Below, piece after piece: positions 12,828 to 24,083 of a DNA stretch of 47,707 bases (position 1 is the first letter of the stretch; each line of letters starts with the position of its first letter). This DNA is from Thelocarpon superellum (lineage: Eukaryota): NCBI GenBank assembly GCA_026025795.1, contig JAPEUG010000100.1, positions 1-47,707 on the forward strand, read 5' to 3'. The notes beneath the pieces were generated by a model. The model was not told the origin of the DNA. It saw only the letters and a program-made list of their open reading frames with translations, and searched no databases. The translations under genes were made by a program, and so were the position numbers.

Positions 12828-14832
12828 GGTGGCGGCGGCGGCGGGCGGGCACGACTACGTCGCACTGAGGAGAAGGCGAACGGTCTCCGCTCTGGCGGCG
12901 TGAGGGGAAGGAGCATCCGACTCGGCGCGCACCAAGCAGGATCGCTGGGCCGACGTGGTGACGTCGAGGGCGGGCCGGCGGGAGATGGATTGGAAAGGAC
13001 CCGGAGCTCCCACAAGGACGAGCACCGCGTCGAGGTGAGGGAGGCAGAAGCGGCTCGATCTTAGTGATCTGGTCGCAGGGCCATGCCCGAGAGCTTGGGC
13101 CGGGGCCGGGGAGCCTCAGGAGGTGGGGACGGCCAGCCCGTGGTCGGGCGTTCGTGGGTCGTGGCGTAAGTGGGGGACGTGAATCGGCCGCGGTGATGGA
13201 CGGAGGTTGAACCAGTGTCGGACGCGGTGGTGTTGATGCGTGATGGGCCGGGGAGTGCCGGTGTCGGTGGTGGCGGTGGTGAGAGGTGAACGATGCAGCA
13301 AATGGTCGGCAGGGGAGCGCCTGGGGAAGAGGACGAAGATGGGGGAGGAGGAGCCCCATCTTCCCTCAGCTCACATAAAATCCCTGGGGGGGCTGCGTCT
13401 AGTTGGATCACCCTACTCAAGTGCAAGGGTACCGACTACGGAGTGGTAGGGCAATGGGCGCCGGCCATTCAACACACGCTTCCTGGCCCGGTACGGGGTA
13501 CGTACCGGACACGGTACGAAGTCCTGGCCGTTTCTGCTGCTGGCACCTGGCTGCTGCGTCGGTGCGCGCACCTGGCACCTGGCACCCGCCGCGCAGGCGG
13601 ACCGTCCGTTGACGAACGGTAACGGGCAAGATTCGCTTTGCCTAGCCGGGCATAGAGCGCGGCCAGGTGGTGTGAGGCGGCACTAACTTAGCCCTGCTCC
13701 GTTCCTGTGTTGTTGCTCGTCTGTCCGAAGCGGCGCCCCCCCGGAGACCCAGTGGTCCCCGATCCACACCTCCCGCTTATTCTGGCTGCCGGCAATCCGC
13801 TGGCCCCATTCAGGCGAGGAGCACCCCCCCGCCGTCGCCGACCCAACCATTCTCGCCGGAGTGCCCTTGACCACAACTCCAGGTACTCATTTTGATCCCC
13901 AACGCAAGGGTAATCCAACGAGTACAAATACTTGCGGTTTCATGGCGCCGCGTAGTCTCATGTCTCGCATTATTCCGTACGCGCCATCGACCACATCACC
14001 AGGGGGCGTTTTCGCATACGGTCCGCTCGGGCCGAAGGAGGCTTATGACCAACGGACGCCACCACAATCACCTCGACACAACTCCATTTCACGTAGCTCG
14101 AGTCAGCAGAAGCGAGCGCTCACAGCGCTCGCATAGTGAACTGGATCGTGCACGATCTGATGGCTCATATCGTTAAACAATCTAGCCATCCAGCTCGCCA
14201 CGGACGTCACCGGACAGCCGTGATCCCATCCTCCACCACCACCACTATCACCACTAGGTGCGGATAGAGTGTCGACGGCATCCTCGGTCGCAAATGATGC
14301 CGAGATAATGACCCGAGAGAGGCTGGGGATGCTTTCCATGCCATGGTCGTGATCACCGACGACCCGACCACGACGGCCCCAGGCGAGGAGGCGGTTTGTT
14401 TACATCGGAAGACGCTGCATAGGATGCCAGCACCCGAAATCCTTTCCTTGAGAAAGTCGACAGAGCCGAGGATCGAGTGGGTGCAACGTGGATACGCTGC
14501 GTTGATGATGCCGTGGGGATCCCAATGCGCACAGAGATTGGGCGTATGTGACGGCGACCCCGGACCTGGCGGTAGGCCCGGACGTCGACGTTCGAGGATT
14601 TGGCGCCTCGGCTAGCCGATCGCGCGTCAAAGGATCCCGCCACGCGCAAGCAATCAGGCAAATCAGGGCTGAGACCAAGTCCAGAACGCGACTTCCTCAC
14701 GTGATGGCGCTAACTCTATTCAGACTCCCTCCCAGGTCTTCCTCTCAGGCTTTGATCTGGAAGAAGCTCATAAACGCCTCTCTCGCCCCGAGCTTCGGGT
14801 CACTTCGCAAAAGAGTATGGCTACTTGTATTA

Positions 14833-16664
14833 CTACGCGGTGAAGTACACGACCGACAGTCCAAGCCAACTCGCCACCACCCCCACAGCGGAATAGGTAC
14901 TGATGAACATGAGGGGCAGAAACTTGTATTCCGCGCCAAACACCAGCTCGTGGACCAACGAGCAGTACAGAATCAGCGGGATGGCGATGCTGATGTAGAG
15001 GAGCGAGAAGCGGTCGAGCAGAAAGAGCCGAGGTCGGGTCGATGCGGGCGCGAGGTGGTCAAAGGTGACGAGGTACACCAAGAGCCAGACGACTGTGTAG
15101 ATGGTCTTGATTGGGAATTCTTCGGCCCGGGTCAGTATCTGCGACGGCTGACCGAGGCTTGGTGCCACCTACCTGCCGGCGTGAACAGCAGTGGAAACAA
15201 GGAGACATGACCCGCGACGGCCAATGGCCGGAACGCCCCGAGGTAACGGCGGTCTTTCAAGGCGAGGAGACTATCCAAGGGTCAGGACAGGCGCAGATCG
15301 TCGTGCCAGATGACAGATCCTACCTGAAGGGTATCAAGACCAACAGGATGGCTTTCTCGTGCACGTGCCAGCCGAACAGGAATGAGGCATAGCCGCACAA
15401 GGTGACCGCGCCAATAAATCCCTCCCATGTCGGTCGCACGAAGAGTTTGACGAGGCATACCTGGCATCCATCAATCGTGTGTGACAGGTCTCGAGCAGAC
15501 GATACAAACCATCTGAGATGCCAGGGTAAGGAGGAATGTGGTGCTCGGGGCGATTTCGGGCAAGACAGCAAAGGATGTGTCCCCTACGAGCCCTCTGGTG
15601 ACGCTCTTGACCGCGGTCGGGTCCACGGCCAAACCTAGTCTTGGAGCGGCTGTCATCCTATCAGTACGGCCCGCTGTTTGAAAAGTGTCGCGGAACCTAC
15701 CGATGAGCAGCAGTCGGTCGGCAAAGGAATACAGGGCCCAGGCGTTAGGCGCCCAGTAGGCGTGACACAGGCCTCGGGAGAAGGGGAAGAGTCGGCTCAG
15801 CAACTGTGGAATCTGGCCCCAGTACACAAAGGGACCAAAGGCGAGCGCAAAGACGCCCGCCACGCTGGCGCCGAGCTTGATGAAATTGACGATCCGGAGA
15901 TCGAACACGGAGTTACGGCCCAGGCAGAAGGCGCGAAGGAGATAGACGAAGTAGGCCGGGGCCAGATACAGGTAGATGTGTTTCAGGCACAAGAGGGTCG
16001 CGAAGAAGACGCCGCTCAAGAGCATGGTAGATTGCTTGCGTGCGAGCACCAGCGAGAGCACGAGAATGCCGTAAAGGAATCCATTATATTGAAAGTGGAT
16101 GTGGTCGATGATCAGCAGGCCCGGCGAGAGCAAAATGGACAGGGCAATGGCGTGCGCGGTCCGTTTGGAGGCGACGGGCGAGGTCTGCACGAAGCGATGC
16201 AGAGCGTACGCGAGGACCAGCTCGCTGAGGATCACGGTCGCTCGTTGAAAACACACGGTCGCCCAGCTCCTGTAGTCCAGGTTGTCGACGACGAGCAGGG
16301 CCGGGTCGGCCCAGGGAGCAGCCTGGGACCAGAGCCATTCGAAGTAGGCGAAGAACGGGGGATAGTCCAGGGTCCATTCTGAGGTTGCCTGCTCCCGGCG
16401 GTCAGCGGTGTTTCTCAAGTCTGGGTACAGGTAGATGGCACTGCGCACCTCCAGATACCATTCTTGCACGGGTAACGAATGTGTGATGGCCAACCAATTC
16501 CGATGGACCTCGAAATCGGTCGATTTACTAGGCGACGCTCGAGTGAGCACGCTGCTGGACAAGCTGGGTCGATGCAAGGGTACCCACTATGCCGGGAACA
16601 ACAAGACTTTCAAGGCCGCCGAGACAATGGCACATTGCGAGATGGACGGATAGAGCTCCACCAT
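14833..16664 (-). CDS. ALG8: Dol-P-Glc:Glc1Man9GlcNAc2-PP-Dol alpha-1,3-glucosyltransferase
   Basis: [67 protein letters not shown] and [12 protein letters not shown] motifs. Six introns: 16587-16528, 16448-16389, 15700-15650, 15509-15461, 15323-15271, 15172-15120. Confidence 0.94.
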
Positions 16665-17235
16665 GGCAGCCGTCAATGATCAGGGGTCTGCATGGTCGTA
16701 GCCACGGGAAATTGTTGAGCTCTCATGACCTGCCCATTGCATCGTTTGACGCCAGCTGCACGCACGTGACTCACACGCATCGTCGGCGGATGTGGACACC
16801 CAACTCCCATTCGGCGGCGGATGCGAGAGGCCAGAAAGTCAATGGACGTTTCCGATGTCGCCGTCCAGCACGCTGTCCGCTTCCAAGCATTGAGCATCAG
16901 GCACACGCTGGATGTCTCACCGGGCATTGTGTCGATTGCCAGAGATATTCGTTACTGCGTGATTGCCATCGTTCTGAGCGCCTCGACCGTGGCCCTCGTG
17001 CGCAGCTGGCTCGGCTTTCGGCGACTGCGCGACTAACGGCAAGCTCGTCGACTACTTGAGCGACCTTCTTGCTTCTTAATGATATCAAGCTCGGAATTGT
17101 CGATCTAGTTGCACTTGTCACGGAGCTCCGCAAGGTCGAAATTGCCCATCCTCTCGCACGTTCTCTGCCGGCAGAGAGGTTCCCATTGTCCGACCCTATT
17201 GCTGCCGAGCGCCCGACACCACCACCCATCTCAAC
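16665..17235. promoter_or_regulatory. Putative bidirectional promoter shared by ALG8 and EMP47
   Basis: Head-to-head ATGs 571 bp apart, with overlapping CACGTG (16763-16768) and TGACTCA (16767-16773) motifs. Confidence 0.5.
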
Positions 17236-18761
17236 ATGCACATCGCCCTTGCCACCGCCGCTCTGCTAGCCACCCGAGCCTTGGCTGACGGCTTGGAGGA
17301 GAGCTTGAGCTTTGGCGTTCGAGACACGTGAGCGATTCCTGAACCCGGCGAAGATGTGACGTTGCCGGACTGAGTCGAGATCATGCGTAGGGTGTCCTCA
17401 GATCGTCGCACTATACCCAACTGGCGGGTCCATGGCGATGACCATCAGCCCCAAGTGGTAAGACCGCGGCGACACGCCGGCAGGAAAGCATCAGTGCTGA
17501 CTCGGTGAAGTTGTCTGATCGCGTGCTGTTGACGCCACCACATCCCGGCAATCGACGTGGAGCGATCTGGAGTGATCAACCGTCTGCTGTTGCCCTGATG
17601 TTTCTGGCCACGGCTGATGTCCGTGCAGGATTCAACTCTCGGAATGGTCGGCCGACCTCGAGTTCCGGGCGACGGGACCTGAGCGTGGAGGTGGGAACAT
17701 ACAGCTCTGGTATGCCAAGGACGGGCCAAGCGTGGTGGACACGTCGAGCCTCTACACGATCCAGAATTTCGATGGACTGGTGCTGGTACTGGACACGTAC
17801 GGTGGACGAGTAAGTGTCGTGTCAGGTGGACGGTTGCCTCGGCCACTGACGTGACGTCTACCAGGGCGGAAGCATCCGGGGCTTCTTGAACGACGGCACG
17901 GTGGACTACAAGGGCCACCACAGCGTCGAATCGCTTGCCTTTGGTCACTGTGACTACTCCTACCGTAACTTGGGACGACCGTCCAAGGTTCAGGTCAAGC
18001 AAAAGGGAGGCTCGTTCGAAGTGACGGTCGACGACCGGCCGTGCTTCCACAGCGACAAGGTACGCATCTCTGATGGCGGAGCACCACCTCGCCCACACTC
18101 ACCCTCTCCGTAGGTGCAGCTCCCCAGTAACTACTATCTCGGGGTGTCGGCCGCGTCCGCCGAGGTGGCCGACTCCGTTGAGGTGTTCAAGGTTGTCGTG
18201 CATAGCTTCACTCCCAGCACCGCGGCACCGCCAGCTCAGGCAGCAGGCTCGCAAGGGCAGCGGGGCGAGTCGACCGCAGCTCAGGACACGGCACAAGACG
18301 CACAGATCCGCGACATCCAGACCCGGCTTGGCAGCATGACGCAACAGCTGGACCGACTGGAAGGCTTGATGAGAACGGCGGCAGAGAGGCCGGGTCAAGC
18401 CACGACTCCCCAGCAAGGGCAAGAAGGCTCCGGCGCTTCGGTCAACGACCGCATGCTCAACGAACAGGTCACCGGCCTCGACCAGCGGCTGCGGAGCATC
18501 GAACGCACGCTGCGAACGATCCAGTCGGACGTGGAAGGCCGGGACTTCAAGGACCGGCTCGACCGGCTCCAGTCGGCGCTCGAGGCCGCCCATACGAATC
18601 TCATGACGCATCTGCCCGCTTCCATGAGCAAGATCGTCTCCACCTCGGCGCCACGGATGTGGACCTTTATCTTCGCCATCGTCCTCATTCAGCTAGCCCT
18701 CGCCGCGAGCTACGTCATCTATAAACGCCGAAGAGCGAGTGCGCCTAAGAAGTATCTGTAG
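17236..18761 (+). CDS. EMP47: L-type lectin ER-Golgi cargo receptor (Emp46/Emp47, ERGIC-53-like)
   Basis: Signal peptide MHIALATAALLATRALA; lectin motifs LTPPHPGNRRGAIW, EWSADLEFRATG, FDGLVLVLD, GFLNDG, YYLGVSAAS; coiled coil, C-terminal TM helix and KKYL-stop dilysine signal. Introns 17328-17390, 17458-17510, 17582-17628, 17810-17864, 18060-18113. Confidence 0.88.
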
Positions 18762-19766
18762 GGATGGGCGGAGGCAGAGTTTTGCGCGGGTGGTAGACTG
18801 TACATCGTGTCGCGCTACATAATCCTCGAAGCCCTGGAATGAATAAATTAAGCGAATAAAAAATACAGTTGGTGTCGATTGAAGTTGAAACTTCGTGGCC
18901 GCTTTTGCACGGGCTCTCCGGCACGTGTGGATTGAGGAATCAGGGATGTGCGGAGATTGAAATTTCCGGGAGTGGACACTTCTCACCCCAGCTTGACATT
19001 CGAGTTGACTCAATTCGCGACTTGAGAAAGGCGGAGCCCCCGCTTGGCCAACAATCCATGACTGCGGCCGTGTGGCGGGTCGGGCTGCGATCCTGGAGAT
19101 GGGACGGTAGGGAATACGGGTACGGGAGTGGTGGCGGAACCCGGCGGCCCCCCACCGACGCGCTACCAAGCGAAAGGATGGCCACGAATAATGGCTCCAG
19201 TGGTATGAGCCACATGTGGGCATCTTCTACCTGCCAAAGAAGTCGTGGCCACCAGCAGCGAGCCAGACAAAGTGCCTCATCCGTCGGATGCAATTGTCTC
19301 TTCTGCGCCATCTGCAGAGGGCATCTGTGTGTCTGTGTCTGAGGGTCTATGGGTAGGATTTTGGAAGCTGGCTGGCAGGACATCAACAGTAGGATTGACC
19401 GAAATAATCACTCTGGCAGCGCCGCCGTCTTCCTCCACGATGAGCTTCTTTCTTGGTCGTGTGACGTCCCTCTCTCCTTGTCCCCTCCGCCCGTAGATGT
19501 CTTTCTATCGCCGCACACAGAATACATTCTTTTTCTCTCGCCATTCCGTGGTCTCATCCAGGCTGATGTTGTGGATACGCACCATCGGCGCCTAATAGAC
19601 CTCTTCCGTTTCGCAGCCGGACTGGCTGACGCGCCGAACGAGCAGCGAAACGCGGACCTACCTCTAGCCGTACGCTTGAACCTCGGGCTACTGAATGCGA
19701 CGAGCAGGCTCGGTGAAGCTACAAGAACCGACGCGTTCAGCGAGCGACGCCAGGGCGGCGGTGACG

Positions 19767-20746
19767 ATGTTAGCCGCTCTGGCTCCCTCGGTCTGGTTTC
19801 TCCTTCTCCAGTCTCGGTACATATATGCGAGTCCAACAGACTCGGATGTGGTTGCAAATTCCTGGGAAAGAGAATCCGACCTTATGTATTCCACGGGCAG
19901 CGAGCCGGAATTCTCGTGTGCCTCAGGCTCCCAAAGCCCCCAACTCGTGGCCAAGAGAAAATGTTGGGCAGACCTGCGCGCCAAATATGTCAGTCTTGCC
20001 CGGCCCCGCTCCGTTCCCCGCCACACCAGTCCTGCTCTTTCTGTTCTCTCCCGCGAATCTCCGAAAGAAGCCAACAGCTAACGGAATAACGAGTCGATGA
20101 GGGGCAGGGTCTGACTCAGATGCTCTGTGAAGGCGTAGTACCAGCCGCCGAACCGCAGATCCACGGCAACCAAAATGGCACGGAGCCTGTCGTCTGGCCA
20201 AACCCCTGGCCCTCCGGCTTCCAACCTGAGATGTTCAACTCGCTTCGGCACCTCTGCTCGATGCACAACGTCGGATGTTTCTGCGGCGAACCGCCGGTAT
20301 ATGGAGGCAGGGCACGGTGCGGGTCGCCGCCAGGCAGGGTGGAACTCGGACGAGCCTTCGCTTTCCTCTGTTTTGACCGGTGCCGCTGTCCGCGGCAGGA
20401 ACCGTGGCAGGGAGAGAGCGAAGACGAGGAGTCGGTGGCGCCAGAAGTCTCGGACTGTCATCTATCTTCGCTCGACCTTGACGGGAATACAAACGCAGCC
20501 CCAAACAAGAAGAGACCCGCCGATGCAGAGGCAGAGGACGAGGACGACGGCGAGGCCACGTCGCCCCGTCGTCCAAAACGTGTCCGTCCGTGGCGTCAGC
20601 GACCTAGCAGGTCTTCGGCCGGCCGGTTTTGCGTGAACGGTTCCACCAGCCCGTCCCAGTCCTGTCCCGATCCATACGTCTGTGTGACGTCCACGCAATG
20701 GGATGCGGATCCTCGTCGAGGGAGATGTCGCACTCGACCAGACTGA
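19767..20746 (+). CDS. Orphan secreted cysteine-rich protein (286 aa, candidate effector)
   Basis: Exon 1 19767-19988 opens with a signal-peptide-like [25 protein letters not shown] phase-0 intron 19989-20107 (GTCAGT...GCTAAC...CAG) joins it in frame to exon 2 20108-20746. 15 Cys; no family that I recognise. Confidence 0.72.
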
Positions 20747-20898
20747 ACAACATTCGATCTCGGCAACGAACTTGCACGGGATCTCAGAGCGCTTCGATGA
20801 TGGTGCGAGTGAGCGGTGGTGGGATCTTCGTACATAGTGTGAGAACATTGCATTTGCTTTTGCATCTACTTGTAAGATCGCGAATAATCCTTTGATTC

Positions 20899-20966
20899 CC
20901 CATCCGCACATCCACCCGTCCATCCATCCATCCGTCCATCCATCCATCCGTCCATCCATCCATCCA
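20899..20966. repeat. Degenerate (CATC)n tetranucleotide microsatellite
   Basis: Tandem CATC/CGTC units between the convergent orphan and SNF5 genes. Confidence 0.85.
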
Positions 20967-21093
20967 GCCGTATCCGTTTCCAATTCCATTTCTTCCCGTC
21001 TCATCCTGTACTATACGACATGGTGCCATCCCTGTTTTATCCCAGCTCGCTCGTTCGTTCGCTCGTTCGCTCGCTCGCTCACATCATGATAAT

Positions 21094-24083
21094 CTATGAA
21101 GCGCCCGCATCGCCAGCATCTCCTGCAACTATAGACTCACCATCTTCCGCCTCACCCGGCTTCTCCCTTTCCTTCTCCTTCCCCACCCTACTAGCAGCGA
21201 CGAGTCTCTTCTCAACGGCCGAGCGATGCGATCGATTCTTAAGATGGACCTCGAAGTTCCCGACTGTCGTCTCCGGGCCGGGGGTATACAATTTGCCGGG
21301 ACAGTCATTGCACCGGATACGCGGGAGGTACAAGTGTTTGATTCTTGGCAGGGGTGCAGCTGTTGTGGGCGATGAGGCCGTGGCGGCAGCGGAGGAGGAG
21401 CGACTAGGGGACGAGGCGGCGCCAGGGTTGGGCGAGGAAGAGGAGATAGCAGCAGCAACAGCGGCAGCAGCTTGTCGCTGTTGGTGCTGTTGCAGCACGG
21501 CCGTCGGGATGGGGACGCCGGTGTCGGCGTCGACGGCGGCGTAGCGCATGAAGCCGTCAAAGGAGTCAAGCGGGTAGGTCTGCCGTAGCGTCGCGAGACT
21601 GCTGAGGAGCCATGGTGGCGGGGGTGGCTTGTCGTCACAAACATCTCTCGTCAGTTCATGCCTGTCGTATGAAAGCGTGGGAATGCGATGGAAAGCGTAG
21701 GATGGGATGGATGGGTGGACGGGTGGATGGGTGGATGTACCGACGCACGAGGAGAGAGTAATGCCTTTTCATTACTCTCATGATAGAAGTAAAGAAAAGA
21801 CGCAAACTGCCATCGGAAAAAGGTGATATCATGCGACACGCAGACGACGCAATACGAGATCCATGCCCGAAAACAGGAAGAGAAGGAAATGTCCGCCCTC
21901 CCACATAACGCCCGCCGCTGATTCCGGGTGTCCAGGTGTCCTCGATGACCACATCTTTCCCCCACGTCCTCCTCCTAAGCCTGAGGAAATGCACTCACCC
22001 CTGGTTGACCGGGCTGTGGTGGATGATCGGCATCCACCGCGCCGGGGGGCTGCGGCGTCCCCGCGACACCGTTGCTAGCCGTGGCTGGAAGTGACGCCGA
22101 GCCGAGGCCGGGGGTAGAGGGGGGCGGCCCCATGGATCCGTGGGCGGGCGTGCCCCCCTGCGGCGTCGAGCCTTGCGATGACGGTCGTCCGCCGGGGGCT
22201 AAGCTGCCCTGCTGCGTGCTCTCGGCACGGGCGCGGGCCTTGCGATCGCGCTCGAATTGGCGGAACTTCTCGCGGCTGATCTTGAACTTGACGATCAGGC
22301 TGTTGCCCTCGCCGACGCTGTCCTCGTGCGTCCCCAGCCGGCGCGCCGACGTGCGCGTCTCGTGATGGTGGAGGGCGGCAGGCTCGGGCGTGGTGGAGCG
22401 GCCGACGTTGGCCCGCATGGCCGCCTGCGCGGCCGAGGCGGCGCCTCGGATGCCGCGCGTTCGGGACGTGCCCGTCATCAGCATGGTCGACGTAGCTGGT
22501 GATTCGGGGCCAGATTCCTCGCTCTCCGACAGGTCCGAATCGTCCACCCCGGCCTTCTGCCCGGCGGCGGCGCGGCGGCCAGAGCGGCCCGTGCTGATCT
22601 CGACGCGCTTGAACAGACGACTCTCGTCGACGGACTCGGCGGCGCCGGGGAGGACCGAGGACACGACCAAGGTCCGCACGGTCCGCTGGCGGTCTTTGAG
22701 GTCGGGAAGTGCGGGTCCACCGCGGCGGTTCATGGTGCGCTTCTGTCGGCGCTGTTCGCGACTGAGCGAGTTTTCGGCGCGGTCTAGCTCGATCTCGCTC
22801 AGCTCCCACAAGCCCGGGGCAAATTCCTTGGCGTGCTGAGCGGCGCGGAAGACGGAGAGAAGGGGGGAGGGGAGGAAGGCGTCCTTCAGATCAGCGTCGT
22901 CGATCGGTCGCCCGTCGAAGGGATGGCCGGTAATGTAGAGACTCTTGGTGAAGAGCTGACACTGCTCGCGGATGCAATGCGCAATGGCGGTGGTGAACTC
23001 GCCCGACAAGGACAATTCGCGCGTCATCTGCTTGGCAAAGTCCTCCGGTGAGTTGAGTGGATTATTGAGCTCCCACTCGAACTGGTCGACCAGGGTGTGT
23101 TGACCGATGGTGATGTTGAGCTTGATGAGTACCCGCATCTCATCGTTCTTGTAGGCGTGGTAGGGGAGATGGGGGTCGAGCGGGTCTTCCTCGATGAAGA
23201 CTTGGGGATAAAAGTCCTGGATCTGTTCCGCGAGCGTCTGCGCCACGAACCGCACCAAGGGGTCGGCCGTCTCGGGCGGGAGCTTGAAGTCCTCGACCAG
23301 CTGCTCGGCGAAGAGCTCGGGCGAGATGACGCGGTCGTGTAGGTTCCAGGTGAAGGTGTCGCGCAGTTTGATCTTGTCCCAATCGACGTCGAGTCGCACG
23401 GGGATCAGCTCTTCGATCTGGTCGGCCTGGGTCGCCATGTCCTTGCGGGGGATCCGGAGCTCACGCGTCCGACGACCGCCGGGCCGTCGTCGCTGGAAGG
23501 GGTAGATGACGCGCGTCTTTCCATCCGTGTGACCGTTGCCGAAGCCGGCGTAGCCATGACCAAAGATGGCCCCGGGGTTCTGTTGCCGTTCCCGCTTGAC
23601 GGGCCCCTTGTAGAGATCCACCTCGATGCGTTTGGCATGGATTGCGTCGATGTTCGAGAGATTCTGGGCGTGGAGCGCAGCGGCATTGAGATGATCGCGG
23701 GAAGTGTATTGATCGAGGAGGAGGGCTTGCTTGGTTGGGCGCGGCGCAGGCGTTGGTCGTTCCCGGGCGCTCGAGGTCTGGGAGGGGGCGGTGGAGGTGG
23801 AGGTGGAGGTGGAGGTGGAGAGGGAGGTGGGAGTGGATGATTGGTTCGCTGACGGGGCAGGTAAGGTCACACCGGCGGCGGCAAGGACGGCCTTGGCCTT
23901 TTGCTTTCCTTCACCGATGGGGTCGGGGGTCCGCTCATCGGGGAGGATGCCGGAGTCAATGGGGGCATTGATGACGGGGCCGCCGGCCTCGATGGGCGTA
24001 AGGGCGCCATGTTGCGATCCGTTGGGGACGGACGTCGCGACGACTGGGGGCGCCGGAAGCTGCGACGACACGGGGGACGGCAT
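21094..24083 (-). CDS. SNF5: SWI/SNF chromatin-remodelling subunit Snf5
   Basis: SNF5 repeats (EELIPVRLDVDWDKIKLRDTFTWN; MRVLIKLNITIGQHTLVDQFEWEL...LSLSGEFTTAIAHCIREQ). Exon 1 24083-21999, intron 21998-21628, exon 2 21627-21094 encoding PPPPPWL... and a CNDC...H...H zinc-finger-like motif. Confidence 0.93.

Noticed and set aside
14500..14675. Possible C/D snoRNA (TGATGA...CTGA)
   Set aside because: No terminal stem and no identifiable rRNA guide; such short boxes occur by chance.
19349..20089. 246-aa ORF overlapping exon 1 of the orphan gene
   Set aside because: No signal or motif features; the alternative frame gives a signal peptide and a phase-consistent intron.
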